From a virus, in the IMG/VR virus record IMGVR_UViG_3300023491_000002: DNA of 64,000 nt; one strand, given 5' to 3'. The notes under the pieces were generated by a model. That model had not been told where the DNA came from and ran no database searches. It saw nothing but the letters and a program-made list of their open reading frames with translations. The translations under genes were made by a program, and so were the position numbers. The first letter of the stretch is position 1; each line of letters starts with the position of its first letter. Shown here in pieces: positions 8,822-18,728 of this stretch.

Positions 8822-10306
8822 ATGCTTAGAGAAATTGGAAAAAAACAGTATTCCAAAGAGGTTTATTCTGATGCCGATATGCTATTGAACTTTAATGTTC
8901 TTGGTGCTGTCGATTTGAATAAGTCTCTTACTTATCTTTGGGGTAGGAACAGTAATCAATTCCCTCTTCTTTCTCTTACAGAAGGTCAAGGGAATATCTC
9001 TCGTAAGAAACCTATTAATGCTGGTGATACTCAGTATAAGTGGAAGATTATGGGGAAACCTACTGTCACTTCCCCGATTGTGCGTTTGATTACGCCTACT
9101 CAAACTCCCGGTAAAGGGTTTATGTCTTTCAAAGCGGAGTTCCAAGATAACTGGATTCCTTATCAGTATTCTGCTATTACTCCTGACGGAAAGCACATGG
9201 TTCGTATGCAGACCGATGGTGAGCAGACTGCTTCCGGTGGATATATCTATGAAATGATTATCCTTGGTGGTAATCCTGATGAGTTTATTGATCTCAGCAA
9301 TTTTGAGAGAGGTAAATATTGGGGTATGGGTGCTCCTACGATTGCCGGTGAATTATCTACTGGTTCTCGTTCTACTGCTGAATCTTGGAGTGAAATGACT
9401 AACCAATTTGGTTTCCATAGATTCTCCAAAATTATTACCGGTAACATTGCTAATATCGTAACCGAGTTTGAACTTGATTATGATGATGGTTCTAAAGGTA
9501 CTCTTTGGATGCCTTATGAAATGCGTCAGTTTGAGTTCATGCGTAGACGTTTGTTAGAAGAGGATTTGTGGTTCTCTGCTTACAACCGTGATATTAACGG
9601 TGTTATTCACAATCAAGAAAAACATTCAAACAAACCTATTCCTCGTGGTGCTGGTGTTCGTGATATTCTTATCGCATTCGGTAACTACTTCGAATACTCA
9701 TTCATGACTATCGAGCTTATTGATATGATTCTTTCTCGTATCTTTGAAGTTCGTAATGATATTGATTTGAGTAATAAGAATATTGTTCTTTATACCGGTA
9801 AAGGTGGTTCTAAAATGTTCCAACAGTGTATTAAGAATGAAGCTATCGGAAATGGTTACTTTGATAAACTTGGTGCAGAGGAGATTCAAAGTCGTGGTGG
9901 TATTTTGAGTTATGGTGCTTACTTTAATCAATATAAGCATTACTCTGGAGCTACCGTTTCAGTTAAAGTTGTTGACTTGTTCGATAGCGGTTCTCGTGCT
10001 GAGATGGATCGTAAGAACGGTCGTATGTATGGAGGTTTCCCTGTTACTTCATACACTATGGTATTCTTGGATCACTCTGTTGATAATACTTCAGGTGAAC
10101 CTAATATCCAACTTGTTTGTGAAGAAGGTCGTGAATACTTATATGGTATTTACCAAGGTATTACTCCTCTTCCTAAAGAATGGGGTGCTTACAATAAGAT
10201 GTTAAGTACACGTGAGGATATTGCTACCTATGAAGTTATATCTTCTCAAGGTATTAATATGCTTAATGGTACTACTTCTTTCTGGGCTGAAATGATTTTT
10301 GAATAA
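8822..10306 (+). CDS. Putative major capsid protein, 494 aa.
   Basis: Its size and its position right after a scaffold-like gene, in the order terminase, portal, scaffold, capsid. No motif-level confirmation is possible by eye. Confidence 0.45.
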   Translation: MLREIGKKQYSKEVYSDADMLLNFNVLGAVDLNKSLTYLWGRNSNQFPLLSLTEGQGNISRKKPINAGDTQYKWKIMGKPTVTSPIVRLITPTQTPGKGFMSFKAEFQDNWIPYQYSAITPDGKHMVRMQTDGEQTASGGYIYEMIILGGNPDEFIDLSNFERGKYWGMGAPTIAGELSTGSRSTAESWSEMTNQFGFHRFSKIITGNIANIVTEFELDYDDGSKGTLWMPYEMRQFEFMRRRLLEEDLWFSAYNRDINGVIHNQEKHSNKPIPRGAGVRDILIAFGNYFEYSFMTIELIDMILSRIFEVRNDIDLSNKNIVLYTGKGGSKMFQQCIKNEAIGNGYFDKLGAEEIQSRGGILSYGAYFNQYKHYSGATVSVKVVDLFDSGSRAEMDRKNGRMYGGFPVTSYTMVFLDHSVDNTSGEPNIQLVCEEGREYLYGIYQGITPLPKEWGAYNKMLSTREDIATYEVISSQGINMLNGTTSFWAEMIFE

Positions 10307-10356
10307 GCGTACATTACGATTATTGTAAAGTATAAACTTACTAAAGTATAAACTAT

Positions 10357-11373
10357 ATGATATACTCACGCAAAATAACCTTAGCTTTAAAGCTGAATCC
10401 GACTATGTTTCAAGTCGTGAATCAGAAAAGTATTGGTGCTTTCAATACTATTTTCGGTCCAAGCATTAAAGCAGTTCTTACTCTATCTAGTAAAACTGCT
10501 GAAATGGCTTCTATACTTCCTACGATCATTGGAGCTTCTGCTGATAGTCGCAATGTAAACTTTCAAGACCTCGTTTTGAAGCATCTTAAAAACTCAACTG
10601 TTGAAGTTCCCGCTCAAGGTTATGAGCTTGAAACTGGTTGGGAATTTTCTCTTAACGATCCTGTTAAACGTGATGCTATTCTTGATTGGGCTAAAAAGAA
10701 CAGTATTAATACTGAGGTTGCTCCGAATAAATTAGAGAAAGCTATCTTTGATGCTATGCTATTTGGTGAAGGTACTGCGGTTCATGAAGAGAATCTGTAT
10801 ATGTATATGACTCCTATTAAGCCGCAAGATTATATTCTTTGGCGTCTTGCTCTACTTACTTCTACTGTTGCTAATAAACCGGAAGATGTTGAGAAATCTA
10901 CTAATATTCGGTTTTACTTACATAGCATTGAAGATGTTAAGCGTATGAAAGATGCTAAGACTAAAGCCGTTGTTAATACTGCTACTAAGTTGGCTCAGTT
11001 GTTCACAGGTGATGAGTCTTCTTATAAACGTATTAGAAATATGCTTATCTGTAATGCTCCTGCCGATACTCTACAGATTATTAAAATGGAGCATGGAGAT
11101 TTGCAGACAGCTGTGGCTGAACTTTCTCAAACGAATGCAGATGCGTTTATTTCTCTGTTTGATAACAAGAATGTAGAAGCAATGGCACAAGTCTATAAGT
11201 TACTCGCTGCTCAAGTCATTACGAAAGACGGTGATAATTACTTTGATACTGTGCGTCCGGAAGTAGTTCTTGGTTCTTCCATTGAGGGGGTTATGGCTTT
11301 CTTAGCTGCTCCTGAAAATGTTGAATATAAAGCACAACTTTTCACTGCTTATAAAGCTTCGGTTATAAACTAA
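10357..11373 (+). CDS. Hypothetical structural protein.
   Basis: Long ORF in the head module. No recognisable motif. Confidence 0.65.
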   Translation: MIYSRKITLALKLNPTMFQVVNQKSIGAFNTIFGPSIKAVLTLSSKTAEMASILPTIIGASADSRNVNFQDLVLKHLKNSTVEVPAQGYELETGWEFSLNDPVKRDAILDWAKKNSINTEVAPNKLEKAIFDAMLFGEGTAVHEENLYMYMTPIKPQDYILWRLALLTSTVANKPEDVEKSTNIRFYLHSIEDVKRMKDAKTKAVVNTATKLAQLFTGDESSYKRIRNMLICNAPADTLQIIKMEHGDLQTAVAELSQTNADAFISLFDNKNVEAMAQVYKLLAAQVITKDGDNYFDTVRPEVVLGSSIEGVMAFLAAPENVEYKAQLFTAYKASVIN

Positions 11374-11388
11374 TAAAATAGTGTCAGT

Positions 11389-12429
11389 ATGTATAGTAGT
11401 TGTAAAGAAGCACATATTGCTGTAAACGATAAGATTCAGCAGATTAATGCTAATAGGCAAGAATCTATTCGTCCGCAGTATATTGATATTGCTCTTAATG
11501 AAGCTATTGACGTACTGCTTACGCAAAAGATTAAAGCCTTTGAAGAGACTGGTCGTTATTACGATGATTTGCAGGTGCTAAAGACTACATATAGAAGTCC
11601 TCTTTACCTTCTAGCAAATGAGGGTAATAGAGGCTTCGCTTTTTTGCCTGCGAATTACCTACATGGCGTCTCTTATAATGCAAGTGTTATATATGATAAG
11701 TTTAAACGTTATCGAGCAATTGAATCTGTTACTACTAGGATTTACGTTGTTAATATCAGTGAGCTATTTAAAACTATTCCCGGTTATATAGAAGATTTCG
11801 TTATTCAAATTGGTAATGATACCGTTATGTTTCATTATCCTGCTAAGATCTATCGTAAAGAGGGTCTATTTGAATATATCAACTATATGCTCTCCATATT
11901 GCTGCGAAAAGGTTACAATGTGACTTATGAACGCTACAATAACGAGTATTACCCCGAATCACTAGTGTTTTACTTCGATACGCCACAGCTAATTGTAGTT
12001 GGAGATAAATATACTATTAAGTTAGTACAATTTAACTACAAGCGTTATTCGGGCTTATACGAGGTTATCACTTCTGACGGAGTGGTTACAAAGGTACAAA
12101 AGAGTAAACCTGCTGGTATGGATTTAGTTTCTGATGTTCAGCGTAGAGATATGCTTCAAACGTATCACAATCGTCTTAATAGACACATTCATCCTATATG
12201 TACGATAGAAAGTAATAGGGTTTTAGTAGATATGGATGATACATTCGTGATTACTGATGTTGCTATTACATATCTTAGGCAACCTACTAGGTTTGATATT
12301 GTAACTGATACTGCTACTGAACTTCCATTTAAAACCGAGATTATTAACCTTGCTACACAGAAGCTTCTTGGTAAACTTAAAGATGAAGGTTATCAAATTG
12401 CTATAAATGAAAGTAATTCTTTAAAATAA
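11389..12429 (+). CDS. Hypothetical structural protein.
   Basis: Long ORF, tightly spaced with its neighbours. Confidence 0.65.
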   Translation: MYSSCKEAHIAVNDKIQQINANRQESIRPQYIDIALNEAIDVLLTQKIKAFEETGRYYDDLQVLKTTYRSPLYLLANEGNRGFAFLPANYLHGVSYNASVIYDKFKRYRAIESVTTRIYVVNISELFKTIPGYIEDFVIQIGNDTVMFHYPAKIYRKEGLFEYINYMLSILLRKGYNVTYERYNNEYYPESLVFYFDTPQLIVVGDKYTIKLVQFNYKRYSGLYEVITSDGVVTKVQKSKPAGMDLVSDVQRRDMLQTYHNRLNRHIHPICTIESNRVLVDMDDTFVITDVAITYLRQPTRFDIVTDTATELPFKTEIINLATQKLLGKLKDEGYQIAINESNSLK

Positions 12430-12438
12430 AACGTTACT

Positions 12439-13416
12439 ATGAGAATTGTAAGTTACGGAAAAACATTTGTCGATAATGTTACTGTTGATACTAAGTTATC
12501 TAACGGTCAACTCGGCATTTGTACTGCTTATGGTACTGCTTTGCCTACTACTGGTAGACCTGAGCCGTTTGTAATTATGTCTGCAATTCCTACTAAGGAC
12601 GGTGGATTTATGAATCAACGTGGAGTGGATATTAATCCTTTTAACTTCACTTATAACGTTCGTAAATATACGGAGAAAGATCAGAAAGAAACTATTATTC
12701 TTAAAGGTCTTACGAATCCGGCACTTAAGCCTGCTGAAGGTATTGTATATAATGCAGATGCTGAGTTCTGTGGTGCTATTGAAATTTGTTCTTCTGAGGA
12801 GTATCGTCATGGTCTGACAGTTAATTCTAATCCTCAGATTGTTCAAATACCTGTTCGGATTCATGCTACTGATACCGTTGATCGGTTGGTAGAAAAGATT
12901 AAGAAGAACCTTAGTCTTACTGCTTATAACAAAGAGTTATTTGATATTACTATCGAGAAAGCTGATGGTGCTGTTCAGATAACTGTTGTTGCTAAAAAGC
13001 CTACTAAATTGACGATGAACGTATTCGGTATTCTTGCCGATCAAAAAGCCAATGGTACTATTACCGTTGAACATACAAAGTTATCCGGTTTCTTAGCTGA
13101 TGTTGCTCTTAGTGATGAAGACCTTCGTTATTCTCTGATTAACATGGGTTGGAATCCTCATGATGAGTGGCAGAAAGCTTGGGGTATTGGTGATCCGAAA
13201 GTTGGTTTTGATAAAGTCGCTTATCTTGTTATTTCTACGGCTGAGTTTAATCAATTCCCTGAGATTGCCGCTGATAACAATAGTCCTCGCAAATTCCAAA
13301 TTATTGTTGGTACGGAAGCTGTGATCGATGATGTTGTAAATAAACTTGAAGCTATTAAGACTTTAGCTAAAGGTTCCGGCGATAATGCCATTTCTCTGAA
13401 TACTGCAACTGACTAA
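12439..13416 (+). CDS. Hypothetical structural protein.
   Basis: Long ORF. It is followed by a strong terminator hairpin. Confidence 0.65.
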   Translation: MRIVSYGKTFVDNVTVDTKLSNGQLGICTAYGTALPTTGRPEPFVIMSAIPTKDGGFMNQRGVDINPFNFTYNVRKYTEKDQKETIILKGLTNPALKPAEGIVYNADAEFCGAIEICSSEEYRHGLTVNSNPQIVQIPVRIHATDTVDRLVEKIKKNLSLTAYNKELFDITIEKADGAVQITVVAKKPTKLTMNVFGILADQKANGTITVEHTKLSGFLADVALSDEDLRYSLINMGWNPHDEWQKAWGIGDPKVGFDKVAYLVISTAEFNQFPEIAADNNSPRKFQIIVGTEAVIDDVVNKLEAIKTLAKGSGDNAISLNTATD

Positions 13417-13428
13417 AGTTGCTTGGAA

Positions 13429-13470
13429 AACTACGCAGTGCTTAATGGTTCTGCGTAGTTATATTTGTTT
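13429..13470 (+). terminator. Rho-independent terminator: AACTACGCAG-N12-CTGCGTAGTT followed by ATATTTGTTT.
   Basis: A perfect 10-bp stem seen in the sequence, 13 nt after the stop at 13416, with a T-rich tail. The tail overlaps a TATATTTG motif (13460-13467), a possible -7 promoter element for the next gene. Confidence 0.6.
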
Positions 13471-13485
13471 AAACTTAATGCTATG

Positions 13486-16257
13486 GAATGTAATATTAAA
13501 ATTGTCAAGTTAAAACAAGTTCTTCCTCTTGGTACATTTCCTAAGCGTGAGCATAACGTTCGATTCTTCTATCATCGTACTGATGGTTGTTACTATATGT
13601 ATGATGAAAAAGGTTGCGAAATTAATCTAACTACTGATGGTAATATTATTGCTATTGATAGAGAGTTGATTGTTGGTAGTGAGTCTTTGACTGATGACGC
13701 TCTTGTTTGCATTGGTCTTAAAGCTAATTATGTGCATCCTAGTCGTGGTATTAGAAATAATACTTGTGGTTGTCAAGATACATATATTCGTGCTTGGACT
13801 TACATCAAAGATCTTCAAGATTTTATGCAGTCTGGTCATATCGAACGTGATTACTATAGAGTTACTTTAGTTCCTTCTCCTGAAGAGGGTGGTATTGTTG
13901 GATGTAGTGGTTCTGCTATTGTTCCTGATGAAAACTCAGATGGCTTCCGTTTCCAATTTGAAGCTGGTAGTCGTGTTGAACTTTATGCTAAACCTGTTCA
14001 AGGTTATCACTTTAAAGGTTGGAAAGAGTTCCATACTAATGAGATTATGTCTATTAGTCCTAATTGGTCTTTTACTATTAAGAAAGATATGGATTTGATA
14101 GGCGTATTTGAAAAGGATGAAGCTCCTATTGAACAATTCTATATTAATGTCAATGCTGATCCGGCTAATGCAGGATATGTAGTTGGTGCCGGAACATTCC
14201 CAAAAGGTACAAGGCATTCTATAACAGCTGCGGCAATTCAAGGGTATCATTTTACTCATTGGACTGATAGTTTAAATCGTATTGTTTCTACTAATCTTCA
14301 ATATGATCTTGTTGTTGAGAAAGATGAAACTTATACTGCACACTTCGAGCTTGATGCTCCTGTTATTGAGGAGTACAATGTAACTATTATAACTAATCCT
14401 GCTGATAAAGGTTCAGTTAGCGGTGGCGGTACTTATAAGTCCGGTCAAACTGCAATAATTGTTCCTAGTCCAGTTGAGGGTTGGGCTGTTGATACAGTTA
14501 CTGCTTCTGGTGGTAATCTTGTAGATAATGGTAATGGTACATATAGCATCGTTGTTACACGAGATCTTACGATTACGGTAAACTTTAAAGAAGCTATTCG
14601 TTATTTCACGTTTAGTATCGTGGCAGATGCGAATGGTTTAGTTCGATATAAAGATATTAATGATGCTTGGTCTCAATGGGCAGAAAGACACGAAGTCACT
14701 GCTCCGGAAAAGACTATTGTCACTATCGCTGGTAAAGCTAACGGCAGTTATGAATTTGAAAAGTGGGTAACGCCTACTGGTGCTAATCTTCCTAATAATG
14801 AAAACAATATCATTGTTGAAGAAGGTCTGCATCGCAAAGTTTATACTGCCTATTTCAAGGAAACTTACATTCCACCTGAAACTCATATTGTTAATATCAC
14901 TGCTGGTTCTAATGGTAAATGCAAATATAAGATTGGCTCTGGTGAATATTCAGAAGCTGCATCTTTGTATTCTAACATTAGTATTACTGACGGTGAGACA
15001 ATTGAAGTATTAGGTGTTCCCGATAGCGGTTATTCTTTTGAACAATGGAATATTGGTGGAACTACTTCTAACTCTAATCCTTATTCAAAGGTTATTACTG
15101 AAAATGTAGATTTCTCTTGTACGTTCGTAGAGATTCCACCGGAAGAAGTTACTATTACGGTAGGTTCTGATGGAACTAATGAAACTCGTTATCGTATAGG
15201 TGATGGTTCTTGGTCTAATTGGTCTACTTCCGAACATACGTTTAAAACTGCTGTAGGTTCGATTTATTTAGTTGAAGCTCGTGCGGTTGGTAACTACAAA
15301 TTTAGAGAGTGGAATACAAGCGGTGCAAAGGTTTCAGATAATCCTGCAACATTCACTGCTAAAACCGGAACAAATGCAACGCATATTGCTACGTTTGATC
15401 AAGTAATCATGCGAACGCTAACTCTTACTGCTGGAACGGGTGGTAAATGTCGTGCAAAGATCAATGGAAGTTGGAGCGACTATTATAGTGGCACAAAGAC
15501 TTACTCTGATATTGTTGACGGAACTACCGTTTCTGTAGAAGCATTAGCAGATAGCGGCTATCATTTTAAGGAATGGACTGATTCGGGTGCTCCCTCGATT
15601 ACTTCGCGTGATATTGTCATGAATGACTCTAAATCTATTGAAGCTCGTTTTGAGGTTGATGCTTCTGATAAATTCCAAGTCACCTATGAAGCTATTCCTA
15701 ACGGAAGTGCTACAATGGAAGGTGCTGGTACTTATGATGATGGTGATACTTGTACGATTAAAGTTAATGTAAGTCCGGGTTATACTTTGAATAAAGTGCT
15801 TGTTGATGGTGTTAAAATCACTCTTAACAGTAATAATCAGTATAGCTTTGTGGTTGAGAAAAACATTAAGGTTACTATTGAATGCGATCTTATTCCTGAA
15901 CCCACACATTATACACTTACAGTTAAAACTGAAGATGAAGGTGTAGTTCAAGGTGGTGTTGGTATCAATAAAGAATCTAATTTAGGAGTTGAAACTGCTG
16001 AATTTGAGGATGGTACTGTTGCTACTATTCATGCTACAGCTGCTGAAGGTTATAGCTTTGGTGGTTGGTGGAAAGATGGAGTTAAGGTTTCTGATGATGT
16101 AACTCTAAGTGTTACTGTTGATGCTAATAAGACTTATATTGCTAAGTTTACTCAAGATCCATATCTCGAATTAGATAAGACTTCTCTTATTTTCGAGGCT
16201 GCTGGTGGAACTCAAACTGTTAATGTTACTTCTAACGTCGAATGGACGGTTTCATAA
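13486..16257 (+). CDS. Fibre or receptor-binding-type protein. It has about 5 tandem Ig-like repeats with a G-Y-(H/S)-F-x-x-W signature, and ends with the N-terminal half of a BACON domain.
   Basis: Repeats GYHFKGW, GYHFTHW, GYSFEQW, GYHFKEW and GYSFGGW. The C-terminus is QDPYLELDKTSLIFEAAGGTQTVNVTSNVEWTVS. The ORF-track start at 13465 is a TTG, so ATG 13486 is preferred. Confidence 0.7.
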   Translation, partial: ECNIKIVKLKQVLPLGTFPKREHNVRFFYHRTDGCYYMYDEKGCEINLTTDGNIIAIDRELIVGSESLTDDALVCIGLKANYVHPSRGIRNNTCGCQDTYIRAWTYIKDLQDFMQSGHIERDYYRVTLVPSPEEGGIVGCSGSAIVPDENSDGFRFQFEAGSRVELYAKPVQGYHFKGWKEFHTNEIMSISPNWSFTIKKDMDLIGVFEKDEAPIEQFYINVNADPANAGYVVGAGTFPKGTRHSITAAAIQGYHFTHWTDSLNRIVSTNLQYDLVVEKDETYTAHFELDAPVIEEYNVTIITNPADKGSVSGGGTYKSGQTAIIVPSPVEGWAVDTVTASGGNLVDNGNGTYSIVVTRDLTITVNFKEAIRYFTFSIVADANGLVRYKDINDAWSQWAERHEVTAPEKTIVTIAGKANGSYEFEKWVTPTGANLPNNENNIIVEEGLHRKVYTAYFKETYIPPETHIVNITAGSNGKCKYKIGSGEYSEAASLYSNISITDGETIEVLGVPDSGYSFEQWNIGGTTSNSNPYSKVITENVDFSCTFVEIPPEEVTITVGSDGTNETRYRIGDGSWSNWSTSEHTFKTAVGSIYLVEARAVGNYKFREWNTSGAKVSDNPATFTAKTGTNATHIATFDQVIMRTLTLTAGTGGKCRAKINGSWSDYYSGTKTYSDIVDGTTVSVEALADSGYHFKEWTDSGAPSITSRDIVMNDSKSIEARFEVDASDKFQVTYEAIPNGSATMEGAGTYDDGDTCTIKVNVSPGYTLNKVLVDGVKITLNSNNQYSFVVEKNIKVTIECDLIPEPTHYTLTVKTEDEGVVQGGVGINKESNLGVETAEFEDGTVATIHATAAEGYSFGGWWKDGVKVSDDVTLSVTVDANKTYIAKFTQDPYLELDKTSLIFEAAGGTQTVNVTSNVEWTVS

Positions 16258-16276
16258 TTAGGGAGGGGGTACTAAG

Positions 16277-18625
16277 ATGGCTATTGCTTCTTGGCTTACC
16301 CCTGCCGCTAAGAGTGGTACGGGTAATAAAACGGTTGGTTTAACTGCAAGTAAGAATACCGGTGCAAGCAGAACAACTATTGTTACTGTTTCAGTCAGCG
16401 GTATTACGAAAACTATTAATTGTACTCAAACGGAAGCTGATAAGTTTACTATTAAGATTTCAGCTTTAACTACTAATAGTTCAGGAACTACTATTACAAA
16501 TGTTGGCGATTGTTCTATTGGTTCATCTGCTACAGGTGGAGTTAAAGAAGGAACTTATTATCGTGATACTAGTGTCACATTAACTGCTAAAGCTGCTCCA
16601 ACTGGGTATGATTTTGTTGGTTGGTATGAAGGTTCTAATCTTGTTTCTACAAGTCTTTCTTTTGCTGTTACTTTAACGGCTAATAGAACTCTTGTTGCTA
16701 AATATAAGATTAAGAGCTACACTGTTAATGCAACTTCTGAGGATACAAACAAAGGTACTGTAAGTCCTGCAGGTCAAACTGTAGAACACGGTGCTAATGC
16801 TACTGTAGTTGCAACTCCTAAGGCTGCTTATAATTTTGCTGGTTGGTACAATGGAACAACTAAAGTATCTAGCAATGCTTCATATACATTTGCTGTTACT
16901 GCCAATATCAGCTTAACTGCTAAGTTTACAATTAAGACTTTCACAACTACTACTGCTAATTCAACTGGTGGTACAGCGAGCGTTAATAAGTCTAGTGTAG
17001 AATACGGTGGTTCTGCTATTTGGACGGCTACTCCGAGTACTGGCTATAACTTTAGTAAGTGGTCTAATGGTTCTACAACTAATCCTCTGACAGTTTCTAA
17101 CATTACTGCCAATACTCATATTACTCCGGTATTTGTTCTCAAGTCATATACTGTAACTTGGAATCCTAATGGTGGTACTGTAGATCCTACGTCAACTACT
17201 AAGACTCATGGTTCTACTTTAGGCCCATTGCCTACTCCGACAAGAGCTGCTGATACCCAATACACTTATACATTTAAGGGTTGGTTTACAGCTGCAACAG
17301 GTGGTACTCAAGTATCTGCATCTACTATTGTAACAGGAAACGTTACTTATTATGTTCAGTGGACTGCTACTCCTAGAAGTTACACTGCAACATTCAATGG
17401 TAACGGTGGTGGTACTCCTAGCCCATCAACTATTACTAAAACGTATGGTTCAGAATTAGGTACTCTTCCGACTTGTTCTAGGACAGGTTATACATTCCTC
17501 GGTTGGTACACAGCGTCTAGTGGCGGTACGAAAATTTCATCTGCTACTAAGATAACTGGTACTGTTACCTATTATGCTCAATGGTCTATTAATAGTTATA
17601 CTTTAACCTATAATGTTAATGGTGGTAATGCAGTAAGTCCTGCTTCTAAGAAGGTTCAATATGGAAGTGCTTATGGTACTTTGCCGACGCCTACGAAGTC
17701 TTCTAATGCTGAATACACCTATGTATTCGCAGGTTGGTACACTGCTGCTAGTGGTGGAACGCAAGTTACTGCTAATACGACAATGGGGGCAAGTAATACT
17801 ACAATATATGCACATTGGACTGCAACTAGACGGAGTTATACAATAGGTTATCAAACAACATACGGGTCTTTGAATAGGGCTAGTCAATCTGTTGCTTATG
17901 GGTCGAAAGGCTCTTGTACGTTGACTATGCCTTCAAACGATGCTCAGTACACTTATACTTTCCAAGGTTGGTATACTGCTGCCAACGGTGGTGGAACTAA
18001 GGTTGGTTCTTCATTAACTTTAGAAACACCGAGTGTAACAGGTGCTGCTACTTATTATGCTTATGTGACCAGAGCTGTTAATAGGTACACCTTTACATTT
18101 AACGCTAATGGTGGTAGTACTCCTTCTTCTTCATCTATAACTAAAGATTATAATGAAGCTATTGGAACGTTACCTACTTGTTCAAGAGCTGCGGATAATA
18201 CTTATACGTATGCATTCGCAGGTTGGTTCGATACTGCTGCCGCTACTGGTGGTACTCAATTAACTACGACAACTAAGGTTACTTCTAATAAGACTTGGTA
18301 CGCTAGATGGACTATATCTACTAGACAGTATAAATTGACAGTTACTGCTGGTACAGGAGGTACAGTTAGTGGTGGAGGTACTTATAATTACAATGCGTCA
18401 GTTACACTAAAAGCTACAGCTAATTCTGGTTATCACTTTGTTAAATGGAGTGATGGTAATACAAATGCTACAAGGACAGTCACTGTAACTAAAGATGCTA
18501 CTTATACCGCTACATTTGAACAAGATCCTTATTTGAATCTTGATAAAACTAGTCTAACGTTTGAAGCTGCTGGTGGTACACAAACTATCAAAGTAACTTC
18601 TAATGTTAATTGGACTGTTTCTTAA
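16277..18625 (+). CDS. Fibre protein with Listeria-Bacteroides (Flg_new-type) repeats. The N-terminus is the C-terminal half of a BACON domain and the C-terminus is the N-terminal half of a BACON domain.
   Basis: The N-terminus is MAIASWLTPAAKSGTGNKTV...NTGASRTTIVTVSVSG...CTQ. There are about 7 repeats of ...T(Y/F)xF(K/A)GW(Y/F)TAAxGGTQV, for example YTYTFKGWFTAATGGTQV, GYTFLGWYTASSGGTKI and YTYVFAGWYTAASGGTQV. The C-terminus QDPYLNLDKTSLTFEAAGGTQTIKVTSNVNWTVS is nearly identical at the protein level, but not the DNA level, to the C-terminus of the preceding gene. Confidence 0.75.
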   Translation: MAIASWLTPAAKSGTGNKTVGLTASKNTGASRTTIVTVSVSGITKTINCTQTEADKFTIKISALTTNSSGTTITNVGDCSIGSSATGGVKEGTYYRDTSVTLTAKAAPTGYDFVGWYEGSNLVSTSLSFAVTLTANRTLVAKYKIKSYTVNATSEDTNKGTVSPAGQTVEHGANATVVATPKAAYNFAGWYNGTTKVSSNASYTFAVTANISLTAKFTIKTFTTTTANSTGGTASVNKSSVEYGGSAIWTATPSTGYNFSKWSNGSTTNPLTVSNITANTHITPVFVLKSYTVTWNPNGGTVDPTSTTKTHGSTLGPLPTPTRAADTQYTYTFKGWFTAATGGTQVSASTIVTGNVTYYVQWTATPRSYTATFNGNGGGTPSPSTITKTYGSELGTLPTCSRTGYTFLGWYTASSGGTKISSATKITGTVTYYAQWSINSYTLTYNVNGGNAVSPASKKVQYGSAYGTLPTPTKSSNAEYTYVFAGWYTAASGGTQVTANTTMGASNTTIYAHWTATRRSYTIGYQTTYGSLNRASQSVAYGSKGSCTLTMPSNDAQYTYTFQGWYTAANGGGTKVGSSLTLETPSVTGAATYYAYVTRAVNRYTFTFNANGGSTPSSSSITKDYNEAIGTLPTCSRAADNTYTYAFAGWFDTAAATGGTQLTTTTKVTSNKTWYARWTISTRQYKLTVTAGTGGTVSGGGTYNYNASVTLKATANSGYHFVKWSDGNTNATRTVTVTKDATYTATFEQDPYLNLDKTSLTFEAAGGTQTIKVTSNVNWTVS

Positions 18626-18635
18626 ACTTTTAAAT

Positions 18636-18703
18636 GTTCCGCTACGCTTTGCAGACCCCAGTAGGGGAATAGCTTGTGGGGCGTGCGGAACTTCAAACTT
18701 TTT
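18636..18703 (+). terminator. GC-rich conserved element, copy A, in forward orientation. It is enclosed by the inverted repeat GTTCCGCTACGC...GCGTGCGGAAC and followed by CTTTTTT, so it behaves like a terminator for the 782-aa gene.
   Basis: The core GCAGACCCCAGTAGGGGAATAGCTTGTGGGGCGTGCGGAAC lies at 18651-18691, with a T-run at 18698-18703, 11 nt after the stop at 18625. Confidence 0.55.
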
Positions 18704-18728
18704 TACGAATAATTAAATTATTACTGTT

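Noticed and set aside
758-13485. TTG-initiated 5' extensions of ORFs at 758 and 13465 as given in the ORF track
   Set aside because: The extensions run through terminator hairpins of the preceding genes. Downstream ATGs at 809 and 13486 give cleaner gene starts.
16243-16290. Programmed -1 or +1 ribosomal frameshift fusing the 930-aa and 782-aa fibre genes across the split BACON domain
   Set aside because: Stops are present in all three frames within the 19-nt gap (TAA at 16255, TAG at 16259 in the gene-2 frame, TAA at 16270 in the gene-1 frame), so no single shift joins them. The split is kept as an observation only.
16150-18625. A diversity-generating retroelement (template and variable repeat) suggested by the two near-identical C-terminal ~34-aa segments of the fibre genes
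   Set aside because: The two nucleotide sequences differ at many synonymous positions of all base types, not specifically at adenines. No reverse transcriptase gene is present in the window. They look like diverged paralogous domains.
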